Part shown: piece after piece, positions 9,446 through 21,500 of the stretch | How the letters are laid out: every line of letters begins with the position of its first letter | Numbering within the stretch: the first letter of the stretch is position 1 | Assembly: GCA_019057635.1 (NCBI GenBank) | Contig: DXJL01000156.1 | Coordinates: 64,146-128,145, forward strand | Origin: Candidatus Heimdallarchaeota archaeon | GTDB lineage: Archaea > Asgardarchaeota > Heimdallarchaeia > Hodarchaeales > Hodarchaeaceae | Length of the DNA: 64,000 bases | Direction of reading: 5' to 3' | Program-made: the position numbers and the translations under genes | Notes under the pieces: generated by a model | Told to the model about the DNA's origin: nothing | The model's input: only the letters and a program-made list of their open reading frames with translations | Databases searched by the model: none

Positions 9446-9557
9446 TCATGCGCATATATAATATGCTCTTGAGTGGTATTTCTGTCTAATAGTGAAAGGA
9501 AAAATTGAAAAGTACTGAAATTTTATATTATGTACTTCAATACAATCTAACCCCAAG

Positions 9558-9968
9558 GTGTATGATATGGCCAATTCATTTGACGAAGTGAACACAGAAG
9601 TAAACGCGATTAAAGCAAATGTTCAACAAGCCTTTAAAAAAATAGAACCTTTGATTTCTCAATTAGATACACTAATTAAGGAAAAAAATGTTTTCAAACA
9701 ACAGGTCGATGAGATACAAAGAAAATATGACGATTTGGGCAAGGAATTGTCTGAACTACAAAAGAAGTTTAGCGAGCAAAAAGTGGAATTTGAATCCCAG
9801 AAACAGACAAATGAAAATCGTCTCGTTTCATTACAACGTGAGGTCGATCTTTTAACCTTGGATAAGAAGAAGCTTTCAGAAAAAACAAAGACGCAAGATG
9901 AAAAAATAACCACGCTGGAATCTCAGAAAGAGGAATTACTTCAATCTCTCCGTGATCGTAGCAGCTAA
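9558..9968 (+). CDS. Coiled-coil protein, 136 aa
   Basis: Continuous heptad-like, Lys/Glu/Gln-rich sequence (…LISQLDTLIKEKNVFKQQVDEIQRKYDDLGKELSELQKKF…). No enzymatic motifs. Confidence 0.5.
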   Translation: MYDMANSFDEVNTEVNAIKANVQQAFKKIEPLISQLDTLIKEKNVFKQQVDEIQRKYDDLGKELSELQKKFSEQKVEFESQKQTNENRLVSLQREVDLLTLDKKKLSEKTKTQDEKITTLESQKEELLQSLRDRSS

Positions 9969-9998
9969 ATTAGATCTGACTTATCTGAGTCAAATACG

Positions 9999-10736
9999 TT
10001 GAAAATAGCTATAATTTCTGATATTCACGGAAATTTGGAAGCTCTAAATTCCGTTATCAACAATTTTAAAATCCATGGTAATATGGATCACGTTGTGTGT
10101 CTCGGAGATATCGTGGGCTATTATGCAAATCCCGTAGAATGTATTGATATCATCAAAAAACGATGCGACATTATAATTCAAGGTAATCATGATTCAGCTA
10201 TAACTGCTATAAATTTTGAGAAGAGAATAAAAGGGTTCAATGACACGGCGGCCAGTTCGCTAAGGTGGACTCGGAAACAATTATTACAAGAAGATAATAA
10301 AGATCAGTATCAATTCTTGAGAAAATTAAGAGGGAAAAAATCACTTTTGATTAATAAAAATGAATTTCTGTTCGTGCATGGAACTCCTGACAAGAAATGG
10401 GAATATTTTTTGTTTCCTTATTGGAATAATGAACCCTTGGATGAACAAAAGGTCAAATTAGACAAGTGGCTTGATCAATGGAATCTAGTAGCAATGGGAC
10501 ATACACACTGGGCTTTCCAATATGAAAAAAATAACCGTTATGTGATTAACCCTGGTAGTGTAGGCCAACCTAGAGATGAAAATCCTAACGCAAGTTATTA
10601 TATAGTAGAAGTCTCAGAAACACGGTTAAAAGTTGAGAACTTCCGAGTAAAATATGAAGTCGAAAAGACGTGTGAAGCGTTGAAACTGGCAAATCTTGAT
10701 GAATCCTTGTGTAGTCGGCTATTTCTTGGACAATAA
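9999..10736 (+). CDS. Calcineurin-like metallophosphoesterase (MJ0936/YfcE-type)
   Basis: Metal-binding motifs DIHGN, GDIVGY, GNHD and GHTH are in the canonical order. Confidence 0.8.
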   Translation: MKIAIISDIHGNLEALNSVINNFKIHGNMDHVVCLGDIVGYYANPVECIDIIKKRCDIIIQGNHDSAITAINFEKRIKGFNDTAASSLRWTRKQLLQEDNKDQYQFLRKLRGKKSLLINKNEFLFVHGTPDKKWEYFLFPYWNNEPLDEQKVKLDKWLDQWNLVAMGHTHWAFQYEKNNRYVINPGSVGQPRDENPNASYYIVEVSETRLKVENFRVKYEVEKTCEALKLANLDESLCSRLFLGQ

Positions 10737-10987
10737 TCTGTTGATTTTCTTCTATAATCAGTAAATAATAGCACCTATGGATTATAATCATGTAAATAAG
10801 TAAAATTTGTTTTGAAAATATTTCTACGGATTAATTTGCCATAGAAAGGGATGAATTCTAATAAGAAGATTTAAATAGGGAGCTCTTCAAAGAATAATTG
10901 AGTTAAATTTAATTTTTACTCATTACAATAACAATACACAATGATTTTGTGTATCGTTTCATTTTTCGGGACCATCGGTGTTAAATT

Positions 10988-13009
10988 TTGTCAAGTGAAT
11001 ATGATGCAAGTAGTATACAGGTTTTAGAAGGCCTTGAAGCGGTTCGTCGCCGTCCTGCTATGTATATTGGAAGTATAGATGAAAATGGGCTCCATCATCT
11101 GGTTTGGGAAATTGTTGACAATTCAGTAGACGAAGCCATGGCTGATTATTGTGATCAGATAAATGTGATATTAAGTCAAACAGAGCATGGACAAGAATCG
11201 ATAACCATCCAGGATAATGGTAGGGGAATTCCCACTGAAATTCATCCATATTATAATATATCTTCTTTAGAACTAGTGACTACTCGATTACATTCTGGGG
11301 GGAAATTTGACCATAAGTCATACAAAGTTAGCGGTGGACTTCATGGGGTCGGGATTGCTGTTGTGAACGCATTATCTCGGTGGATGCAAGTAAAAGTAAA
11401 AAGAAATAACCTGGTACAAATGCAAGAGTATGTTAGGGGTGAAACAATATCCCATGGAGTGATTACTGTTGAGGAGGAATGGGACCATGAGAGTGGAACC
11501 TATATTACTTTTATCCCAGATCCTGAAATCTTCGAAGTAACTAGTGTAGATGTTGTTACTATCCGAAATCGCTTACGGGAATTAGCTTTCTTAAATAAAG
11601 GTCTTACAATTACGCTTATAGACGAAAGAAAACCTGAAATTCCTATTTTTGAGTCACAGAGCGATTTAGGAGAAAATGAATCCCATACACAGTCTGAATC
11701 TGCAGAAGATTTGGGTAGTGAATTGCCAGTTAACAAATGGATTTTTCATTTCGATGGAGGGATAAAAGCATATGTCGATCAACTTGCAGCAACTCGTATT
11801 CATGATGATATCCCCTATTTTGATGTGAACGTAGAGAAAATGCAAGTAGAAGTAGCACTTGTTTATGACCGTTCCGAAAGAGATTTGATTAATACCTTTA
11901 CCAATAATATTAATACAAGACACGGGGGAACACATTTATCAGGTTTCAAATCCGGATTAACACGAGCTTTAAATGCCTATGTTTTGAAAAATGAGCAATT
12001 AATCCGTAATCCACATTTGAAGAAGGGACTAAAAGAAAAAAGATCAATTTTTACTGGAAACGATGTCCGTGAAGGCCTAGTCGCGGTGGTTTCTGTGAAA
12101 ATCATGAACCCTCAATTTGAAGGGCAAACTAAAAGTAAATTAGGAAATAGTGAGGTAAAGGGAGTGGTAGAGAGCTGTGTGTATGAAAATGTACTCAAAT
12201 TTCTTGATGAACACCCTGAAAGTTCTCGGAGTATCATAGAAAAATGTGAAGCGGCCGCTACCCTGCGTATGAAGTTTCGGCAAATTCGAGAGGCAGTTAG
12301 AAAAACGCAAGGAAAGGGTTCGGGAAAATTAGTAGATTGTGCTGTTTCAGATCCTGCGAAACGGGAAATCTTTTTGGTTGAAGGAGATTCCGCTGGTGGA
12401 AGTGCTATTGAAGGTCGCTTTAGTGAATTTCAAGCAATTCTACCTTTACGTGGCAAGGTTATTAACGTAGAAAAGGCTCGATTAGAGAAAGCAATGAAAA
12501 ATAAGGAAATACTTGAGATTATACGAGCAATCGGAGCAGGTTATAAAGAAAATTTCCGGATTGAGAAAGTTCGTTATCATAAAATTGTTTTATTAATGGA
12601 TGCAGATATTGATGGTCATCATATCGTATGTCTTCTTCTAACATTCTTCTTCAGATATATGCCTGAACTAATTGATGAGGGATATCTTTATATTGCGCAA
12701 CCTCCTTTATTTCGGGTTAAAAAGGGAAATAAGGAAACATACGTTGTTTCGGAACAAGAAAGAGATGAAATTATACAATCGTGGGGAGGAAAGGTGGAAA
12801 TAAGCCGATTTAAAGGCCTTGGAGAGATGAACCCAATTCAACTTCGTGAAACCGTAATGGATCCAGAGAAAAGAACTCTGCTTCAGGTAACTCGGAAGAA
12901 TCTCATTGATGCTGAACGAATGTTCGTCACACTGATGGGTGAAGAAGTGGCGCCTAGACGTGAGTTCATTGAAGCTCATGCTTTAGAAGTGGAGAATTTA
13001 GATATATAG
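10988..13009 (+). CDS. gyrB: DNA gyrase subunit B (type IIA topoisomerase ATPase subunit), TTG start
   Basis: GHKL ATPase N-terminus (…YDASSIQVLEGLEAVRRRPAMYIG…, IVDNSVDEA, QDNGRGIP). Toprim motifs EGDSAGGSA and DADIDGHHI. C-terminal …GLGEMNPIQL…. Confidence 0.95.
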   Translation: MSSEYDASSIQVLEGLEAVRRRPAMYIGSIDENGLHHLVWEIVDNSVDEAMADYCDQINVILSQTEHGQESITIQDNGRGIPTEIHPYYNISSLELVTTRLHSGGKFDHKSYKVSGGLHGVGIAVVNALSRWMQVKVKRNNLVQMQEYVRGETISHGVITVEEEWDHESGTYITFIPDPEIFEVTSVDVVTIRNRLRELAFLNKGLTITLIDERKPEIPIFESQSDLGENESHTQSESAEDLGSELPVNKWIFHFDGGIKAYVDQLAATRIHDDIPYFDVNVEKMQVEVALVYDRSERDLINTFTNNINTRHGGTHLSGFKSGLTRALNAYVLKNEQLIRNPHLKKGLKEKRSIFTGNDVREGLVAVVSVKIMNPQFEGQTKSKLGNSEVKGVVESCVYENVLKFLDEHPESSRSIIEKCEAAATLRMKFRQIREAVRKTQGKGSGKLVDCAVSDPAKREIFLVEGDSAGGSAIEGRFSEFQAILPLRGKVINVEKARLEKAMKNKEILEIIRAIGAGYKENFRIEKVRYHKIVLLMDADIDGHHIVCLLLTFFFRYMPELIDEGYLYIAQPPLFRVKKGNKETYVVSEQERDEIIQSWGGKVEISRFKGLGEMNPIQLRETVMDPEKRTLLQVTRKNLIDAERMFVTLMGEEVAPRREFIEAHALEVENLDI

Positions 13010-13031
13010 CATATAAAGTGATGAATTTAAG

Positions 13032-15539
13032 ATGAGTAGTAATATTAGGATTACTCCTATTGAAAAAACCATGGCCAAGAGTTATTTGGAGTATTCGATG
13101 TCTGTTATAACAAGCAGAGCGCTTCCCCACGTGAGAGATGGTTTGAAACCTGTTCATAGGCGAATTTTATGGGCAATGTATAATTTGGGTTTGACTCATA
13201 ACCGACCACCGAGGAAATGTGCTCGAACAATTGGAGAAACAAGTGCAAAATATCATCCACACGGAGGAAATTCGGTTTATGATGCACTGGTTCGAATGGC
13301 CCAACCTTTTTCTCTCAGATATCCCTTAATTCAGGGTCAAGGTAACTTTGGAAGTATGGATGGACAACCCGCTGCAGCTATGCGTTATACTGAAGCCAGA
13401 ATGGCTGAGATTTCCAATGAAATTCTTATGGACATCAATAAAAACACTGTTGATCTCATAGACAATTTTGATGGGTTAGATAAAGAACCAGTTATTCTTC
13501 CTGCTAAGATTCCTAATCTTCTAATTAATGGAGTAATGGGGATAGCTGTTGGAATGGCTACCTCAATGCCCCCTCACAATTTAGGGGAAGTTTTAGATGG
13601 AGTTAAAGCCGTTATTGAAAACCCAGAAATTTCCATAATAGATTTAATGAATTATATTCCAGGCCCCGATTTTCCCACGGGAGGAGTTATTTTCGGCACC
13701 AAGGGGATAAAGCGAGCTTATCACACAGGAACAGGTAATGTAGTACTTAGGGCAAAATATGAATTTGAAGAGAAAAAAAATAAAACTAGTATTGTTATAA
13801 CAGAAGTTCCTTATCTCGTAAAACGACAGGATACAATAGAACATCGCGGTTTAGTTGATATAATTGAGGGAATGAAAGAAGCAGGTAAATTCCCAGAAAT
13901 CGGTAGTGTTAAGAATGAGTCCAACATCATTCGGGGTACAAGAATTGTTATCAATCTGAAGCACTCAGCCAACATCGAAGTTGTGCTGAATCGCTTGTTT
14001 AAATTCACTCCTATGCAAATCTCGTTTTCCATCAGAAATATGGTTCTTGTAGATGCAAAGGTGGGTGATGAGGTCAAAATTCGTCCGAAAAATTTAAACT
14101 TAAAAGAACTCCTAACTCAATTCATTGATCACAGACATGAGATAGTCGTACGTAGAACAGAATTTGATCTAAAAAAAGCCCGTGAGAGAGCTCATATATT
14201 AGAAGGAAGAAAAATTGTTGTTGAAAATCTTGATGAAGTAATTAAAATCATTAGAGGGTCAAGTAATGGATCTGAAGCGCAAACTGCTTTGATTAGTAAG
14301 TTTTTGTTTTCCGAGATCCAAGCAAAAGACATTCTCGCATTACCACTTAGGAGCTTAACACGATTTGATAGAGACAAAATACTCCAAGAGTATAAGGAAA
14401 CACTAGAAGCAATTAAGGATTATGAAGACATATTGGGGAGTGAACAACGCATCATAGACATAATAGTTAATGAAATTGATGAAATTAAATCCAAATATGG
14501 AGACCCAAGAAGAAGTAAAATTGTCCTTGATGACTCAGATAGCTATGAAAATTGGACTGACAAAACAGAAGAAGATTTCATCACGAAAGAAGATATTGTT
14601 ATCACTTTAACATCTAATGGTTATATTAAGTCGATATCCACCGATATGTACAATTCCCAACATCGTGGGGGTAAAGGTATTAAGTCAATGGATTTAGGAA
14701 AAGACGATTTCTTGCAGGAAATGATCGTTGCCTCTACTCACGACACAATTTTGTTCTTCACTGTTCATGGTACTGTCTATCGTTTTCGCGGATTTCAGAT
14801 TCCGATGTCTAAACAACGGGTTACAAAAGGAGTGAATATTGTAAATCTTCTCAAGATGGATAGAAGTGATAAAATCGTTGCCATCATCCGTGTTACTGAA
14901 TTCAATCCAGATCACTATCTGGTTTTAGCAACTAAAAATGGAATAATTAAGAAGTCTTCTTTGTCTGAATATGAAAATATTCGTTCTACTGGGATTATTG
15001 CACAAAAACTACGCGAGAATGATATGATAATTGGAGCTAAAGTTACTGATGGCACTAAAGGTATCATCCTTGCCACGAAAAAGGGAAAAGCGATTCGATT
15101 CAAAGAATCTGATGTACGAGTTGTGGGTAGGAGTAGTATCGGGGTAATGGGAATACGACTCAATTCGGACGATTCTGTTATAGATTTAGCTATTGTGGAT
15201 GAAAATAGGACTCTTTTGACCATATGTGAGAATGGCTATGGTAAACGATCTTCATTTGATAAATATCGAATTACAAGGCGAAATGGAAAAGGAGTTATTA
15301 ATATCAAAGCAACTAAACGAAATGGCGATGTGATTGCTGTAAAAAGTGTAAACGAAAAGGATTTACTTTTAATGGTTGCGAATGATGGGAAATTAATTCA
15401 AATACCACTAGAAGATATACGGGCGATTGGTCGTGCAACTTCTGGAGTAACTTTGATGCGTTTAGAGAAAGATAGTGGGGTGAAAATTTCATCTGTTGCA
15501 ATAATTGCAGGTGGTAATTCTAACCAGGGAGTTGATTGA
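13032..15539 (+). CDS. gyrA: DNA gyrase subunit A
   Basis: …LKPVHRRILWAM…; catalytic-Tyr context AAMRYTEARM; C-terminal β-pinwheel with GyrA-box QHRGGKGIKS, diagnostic of supercoiling gyrase. The stop abuts the next start (TGA-ATG). Confidence 0.95.
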   Translation: MSSNIRITPIEKTMAKSYLEYSMSVITSRALPHVRDGLKPVHRRILWAMYNLGLTHNRPPRKCARTIGETSAKYHPHGGNSVYDALVRMAQPFSLRYPLIQGQGNFGSMDGQPAAAMRYTEARMAEISNEILMDINKNTVDLIDNFDGLDKEPVILPAKIPNLLINGVMGIAVGMATSMPPHNLGEVLDGVKAVIENPEISIIDLMNYIPGPDFPTGGVIFGTKGIKRAYHTGTGNVVLRAKYEFEEKKNKTSIVITEVPYLVKRQDTIEHRGLVDIIEGMKEAGKFPEIGSVKNESNIIRGTRIVINLKHSANIEVVLNRLFKFTPMQISFSIRNMVLVDAKVGDEVKIRPKNLNLKELLTQFIDHRHEIVVRRTEFDLKKARERAHILEGRKIVVENLDEVIKIIRGSSNGSEAQTALISKFLFSEIQAKDILALPLRSLTRFDRDKILQEYKETLEAIKDYEDILGSEQRIIDIIVNEIDEIKSKYGDPRRSKIVLDDSDSYENWTDKTEEDFITKEDIVITLTSNGYIKSISTDMYNSQHRGGKGIKSMDLGKDDFLQEMIVASTHDTILFFTVHGTVYRFRGFQIPMSKQRVTKGVNIVNLLKMDRSDKIVAIIRVTEFNPDHYLVLATKNGIIKKSSLSEYENIRSTGIIAQKLRENDMIIGAKVTDGTKGIILATKKGKAIRFKESDVRVVGRSSIGVMGIRLNSDDSVIDLAIVDENRTLLTICENGYGKRSSFDKYRITRRNGKGVINIKATKRNGDVIAVKSVNEKDLLLMVANDGKLIQIPLEDIRAIGRATSGVTLMRLEKDSGVKISSVAIIAGGNSNQGVD

Positions 15540-18500
15540 ATGTCGCCTGCTTCAAAACCGTCTAAAAAAACTATTACTAGTGAAAAGGTTGTAAGAAGAT
15601 CCGCAGCGGATTTTTTCCAAGATAATAAAGCTATAGCGGGTTTCGATAATAGTATGAGGGTTGTTTTTACCAGTGTTCGTGAATTAGTAGAAAACGGTCT
15701 GGATGCAGCAGAACGAATGGGTCATTTGCCAGAACTCCATGTAACCATCAAGAAATTGCAGAAAGAAGAAATTGCTAGATTGTTAAACGTTAAGTCGTTT
15801 GAATCTTCAGAAAAACTCGATTTTCTACGTTTAACAGTAAGAGATAATGGGAGTGGGATACAGTGTGAATTTATACCACCTCTATTTGGTCGTGTTTTAA
15901 CTGGCAGTAATTATGGGTCTCGACAATCTCGTGGACGATTTGGCCTTGGGGCGAAAATGGTATTGTTAAACGCAATGTCTTCTGTGGACTTACCCTTGAT
16001 AATCAAATCTAAATATATCAATGAAGATTTTACAAGTTATCACGAATTAATGATTAATCTAGCTGAAAATGAACCAATAATTCTCGCTCAACGAGAAATC
16101 CCCCAAAATACAGCAGAAGCAATTTTTGAGTCGGGTACAGAGGTTTCTGTTACTTTTACTGGAGCTTGGAACCTTGCTTCCCGATATATTTATGAGTATT
16201 TCTTCCAATTAGCAATGATCACCCCATATGCGAGTTTTTTTATCCAATATCCCGATTCAGAGGCACCAATTGCGTTAGAACGAGTAGTTGAGGAGATGCC
16301 AACATATCCTCGTATTGCTAAAGTCCATCCATGGGGGACCGATATAACTCAATTCAAAAGAGAACTGAGTGTTACTAACAGTGAAACCATGGAAGTATTT
16401 CTCCAAGAACATTTCCAAGGTATGGGTCCTAAAATAGCACGTGATTTCCTCGACTTTGTTAAAATCGATTATCTGTTAAATCCCAAAAAACTTAGTGCCA
16501 CTGCAATTCGGAGAATTATCCATGAAGGCTTTGCAGTACCCGACCGGGACAAAACCAAGAGAAAAGACCAAAAATACTTTCCATTCAAACGACCTAGTGG
16601 AGATTCATTATCGCCTCTTAGCTGGGAATTACTAGAGAAGGGTATTAGCAAAGAATTATCCCCTCAATTTGCAAAAGCAACCTCTGGAGATGTTTCAGCA
16701 CATAGTGGACATCCTTTTATAGTAGAGGCTGCATTAGCATATGGTGGTCCAAACCTTTCAAAAGATGAAGGTTCTAGAGGAGCTAATCCTAAGATTTATC
16801 GTTTTGCAAACCGAATTCCCTTACTTTTTGGTGCAGGAAATGATATTATATCGAAATGCGTTCAAAAGATGAACTGGAAGAATTATAAAATTAATATTAA
16901 TAAAGCACCAATAGCAATTGTTGTTTCGGTTGTATCTTCTAAAATTCCTTTCCCCGAGACTAGTAAGGAATATATTGCTGATGTTGATGAATTAAGAGAC
17001 GAAATTTACAGAGTTTTGAAGAAATTAGCAAGAGGATTAAGTCAACATCTGGGGCGAGCTGAACGAGAAAGAAGAGAGAACCAACGACAATCACGATTTG
17101 AAAGCGCAGCTCCAAAAGTCATTCAAAATCTTTCACAAATTCTGATTTCAGAAAACTCACCATATCTCTTAACATCAGCAGAAGAGATATCCAAATTACA
17201 AAAGGCACTCGCCTCTGCTATTCCACGGTTAGTAAGAAGAGCTTATCCTCCTAGTCCACAGATTTCTACGATCGGCGAATGGCTTCCAATGGATATTCAC
17301 CTGAAGCTTGTTGAAAATAATATCCAGACTATATATCAATTTTTACGAACACCTGTTCCTGAATTAAACCGCATTACAGGTATGTCTGTAGAAAGAATAG
17401 ATGCTATTGTTAGGAAGACTGTTACAAAACAAGAACAAACTTATCGCTCTCCAATTATTAGGGAGTTTGAATTCTTTTCTAAGGAAATTGAAAGGGATTT
17501 TTCGAAGTATAGAAACAGTAATACCATCCATAAGTCATTGAATAAACGATGGATTGTAAATGCCTTTGATTTTTTCTCTACTCCTGCTTCTCAGCTACGA
17601 GAAGTAGATGAATTTCCCGAGAAACTTGTTTATGAAACTAAAATAAAGACGATAAGTGAATTTTCAGAATCTACTTCCGATGACACATTTAGCCTAGAAT
17701 TACTTCCTTGGATAACTGGAGATATTGAGAAGGGATTTAACAGTGCGAAAATCAAAAATATATTGGAATATCTTGTCACATTCCCAGAAAAACTTTCCTC
17801 TATTCCAAAATTGGCGATCCGTCTAATTGAGAATGCAAAAGAAGAAATTCGAGAAGGTGTGAAAGAAGGATATATTGATCCAGAAAAAGTTATCGGAGCT
17901 TCAACCTTTGATTGGATGGATTATCATGTAACACCAAAATTAAGAGGAAGGAAAATTTCCAAGATTATTGAGTTCCTTAATACACCCTCAGAAAAGTTAG
18001 CTGAATTGAATGAATTAATTGACAACTTGATAATTAAATCCAAACATAAGTTGAAGGAAGCTTTTCATTCGTATAATGACAAAACTTCATTATTCAGAAT
18101 ACCTGGCATTCATGAATCGATGCTATCCGATTTGGATAGATTAAATGTTCAGGGTTTTATAGATTTTCTCTTGATAAATGAGAAGGACTTACTTATCGTC
18201 CGTGGACTAATAGATGCTCTAATACTCATCAAACAGGATGAAATTCTTGACGAGATAAATTCTACGTTTGACCCTGTTCCAATTAAGAAAGCATATTGGC
18301 TTGATTTAGAATTAGAGAAGATCCTCCTGAAGAAAGGCATCTCAACGATTTTTGATTTTATTAGTTATCCAACTACGGAATTACGGAAAATAAAAGGGAT
18401 GGATTCCATGGTTTTAGAGACAATAAAGAAGACTTATGGAACTCCCATTACATTACTTGATAGTGCTGCTGTAGGGAAATTGGAATCATTAGAAATTTTA

Positions 18501-21500
18501 TGTCTTGAAGAGCTGATTTCTGTCCTTTCACGGAATAAAATCAAACCTAAACCATTATCTGATAAAGTTAAAGGAATATTGGAACAGTTAAAAGTACCAA
18601 TATGTTATTTACCAATCCCTAGTAAATATTATGCCTTACTTCATCATCTAGGAATATCAAAAGTAATAAATTTTCTTATCTGGCCAGATCATGATTTACA
18701 TAGAAAGTCGGGAATTTCTTATAAAATAATTGAAGACATTAAGAGTAAGATTACCTTAGAGAGTATTCAAAAGCAGATCTTACTAAAGAAACGACCAATT
18801 TCAATACTGGCAAATAACCTGGAAGGAAAATATTGGGCAAAACTTCTCAATTCAGATTTAAGTGTCCAAGAACTTTATTATAATCTACCGTATAATGAGA
18901 GCTCAATTCAAAAGCTTCAACTAACTCAAAAAGAAACCAATATGTTGATAGACCTATTTAATACACCCATTACTCGATTATCGCACATTCGACCAAGATG
19001 GGTAGATAGTTTAAGAAGTGGGGGAATAAAATCATTCATCGATTTTATTTCATGGTCCCCTGATGAAATAGCAGGAATAATAGGCCGAGATACAGAATAT
19101 GTTTCAGAATTAACAAAGAATATCCCTAAATTTTCTGATGGAATGGCTTTGATAGATCTTGGGGTATTTACAGCAGCTGAAATGAAAACATTAAAGACTC
19201 GTGGATATTCCACGGTTGAAAGTGTCTATTTCTGCGCAGATAAACAAACTTTTGGAATAATGGGCGTTAAATGGAAAAAGATTGAGAGATATCAAAGAAT
19301 TCTTGAAACCCCAATTGCAATGATTCAATTACAAGCGAGCAGTGATGAATCCCAAATCAGATTTTCTCATGATGGTTTGGAAGGCCTTGCAAACAATGGA
19401 ATAGACCAAATTATCAAACTGATCTATTGGCCACCAAATGAACTTAAATCAATACTAAACATATCTCAAAAGCGAATAGATGAATTAAAACAGGCTGTTG
19501 CAATCAAAGAACATGGAATGCCCTTGGAACAAGTCGCTGGGTATAATCGCAAAACAATTTCCACATTAACTAATTATGGTATTGAAACCGTCGAAGATTT
19601 ATATTTTAGTGCTAATGAAGATATGCTAGATGAAGAAGATGACTTAGATTTTTCGTATGTGAATAAAAGTATCGAAGCTCTTGATCTTCCAATAACTTAT
19701 CTAAATGGAATTATCCCTACTAAATATGTTGAAAAACTTGTCAACTATAGACTTGACACAATTTTACGATTTTTAATTTCTTCTCCAAATGAATTATCAA
19801 CTGTTTTGGAGACTCCACCGGAAAATGTTGAGAACCTCCGTAATAAAATAAACCTTATGCGTCTACGGGAATCAACAGAGACTTCTGTTTCAATAATCGA
19901 GGGATTAACTAGACAACAAACCCGTGCATTGGCTGAAGAAAACATTTTATCGATTTATAAATTTTTAACTACACCAGATGAACAGATTGCTAATATAATT
20001 GAGATAGAGCCGGAATTTCTTAAAACAATGAAGCTAGAATTAAATTTCGCGGGCATTAAAACAATTAAGGAAGAAAAAATGATTCCTCTAACAAAAATAT
20101 CATTGTTCGATAAAAATACCGTTAAAAAATTCGCCCGATATGGAATCGAAAGCTTAGCTGACCTTTATTATGTCGCTACTCCCAAATCAATTGAGGAAAG
20201 TGATTTGGAATGGCAAACTATATTAGACACCAGACTAGTGCTGGAAATGCCCATTGAGACGAGTACTATAATTACTAAGTCTGAACTCAAGGCCTTTCAC
20301 CAAAAGAAAATTTATTCTATATTCGATTTAATGATAGATTCATGGGAGGAGCTGAATAAGAAAACTGGGATTGAAATCGAAAGAATTAAGAAGATCCAAG
20401 ATTCTATTCGCATTAATGAAATAATTAACTTACTAAAAAATCTTTCAATTGAAAGAATCGATTTTCCACTCGATTATTTACAAAAGATAAATGCAAAGAA
20501 TTTAACCACGGTTTATAATCTACTTATCTCCACGGAAGAAGATCTATTTCTGAAAAAGCATAAGGAAAAGAAAATCCGTGTAACAACTGAATTGTGGACT
20601 GAATTATTTACAATTTTAGCAATTCCACTTTACCTAATACTAGGATCTGATAATGAGGACGTCAAAAAATTAAAGCAGAAGAAAGTTGATACGATTCGGC
20701 ATGTGTACTCTATTGATTCTGAAAAACTTACAAATATTTTAGGCCAACCTGCAGAAACTCTCTATTCTGAGTTAAGTAATCTCGACACTAAGGAACTTAA
20801 TCAACTATTAGCTATACCAATTAGTTTTATCCCCTCTCTGCCAATAGAATGGTTTTTCTCATTACGAAATGATTCTATTCTTCGAGTAGGTGATTTTATT
20901 AGGCTTAACCATCGAGATTTGGTATCATTGGTATCAGCGTCTTTTCCTAAGATTCGATCTGTATTCAATGATATCAATTTCGCTTCTTTAATGAAAAAAT
21001 TAGAGGAAGAGGCTATTGAAGTAACCAAATTATCAGGTGTTTTACCTCCCCAAACTATTAAAAAACTATCAACGAAAGGAATAACTTCTTTGCAAGCGTT
21101 AATTCTATTTAGTTCCGATGAATCGAAACTGGATGGAGTCGATGACTTTTTGCGAATACTGGATGGTCCAATTAATAGATTATCTGAGGAGTTTCAAGTA
21201 GCTGATTTACGTAAAATGTCTAATTCTGGCATTACTACCCTTGCTTCATGGTTTTCTGCTCCTAACGACGGCTTATCAACAATTTTGAGAATGAGATGTA
21301 AAGAAATAAATGATTTAAAACAGAATTTTAATTTCGAATTGGCTGGAAAGGCCGTTGATTCTGAAATAACGGTGTCTAGTATTATTGAATCTGGTTTTAT
21401 TGATTTTAGTGAATTATCTTCACATAAAGTCAACACTCTTGAAGATCTTTTATTCATTGAAATTGAGAGGATTGACGCATCTGATCAGTTTAAATCTCGA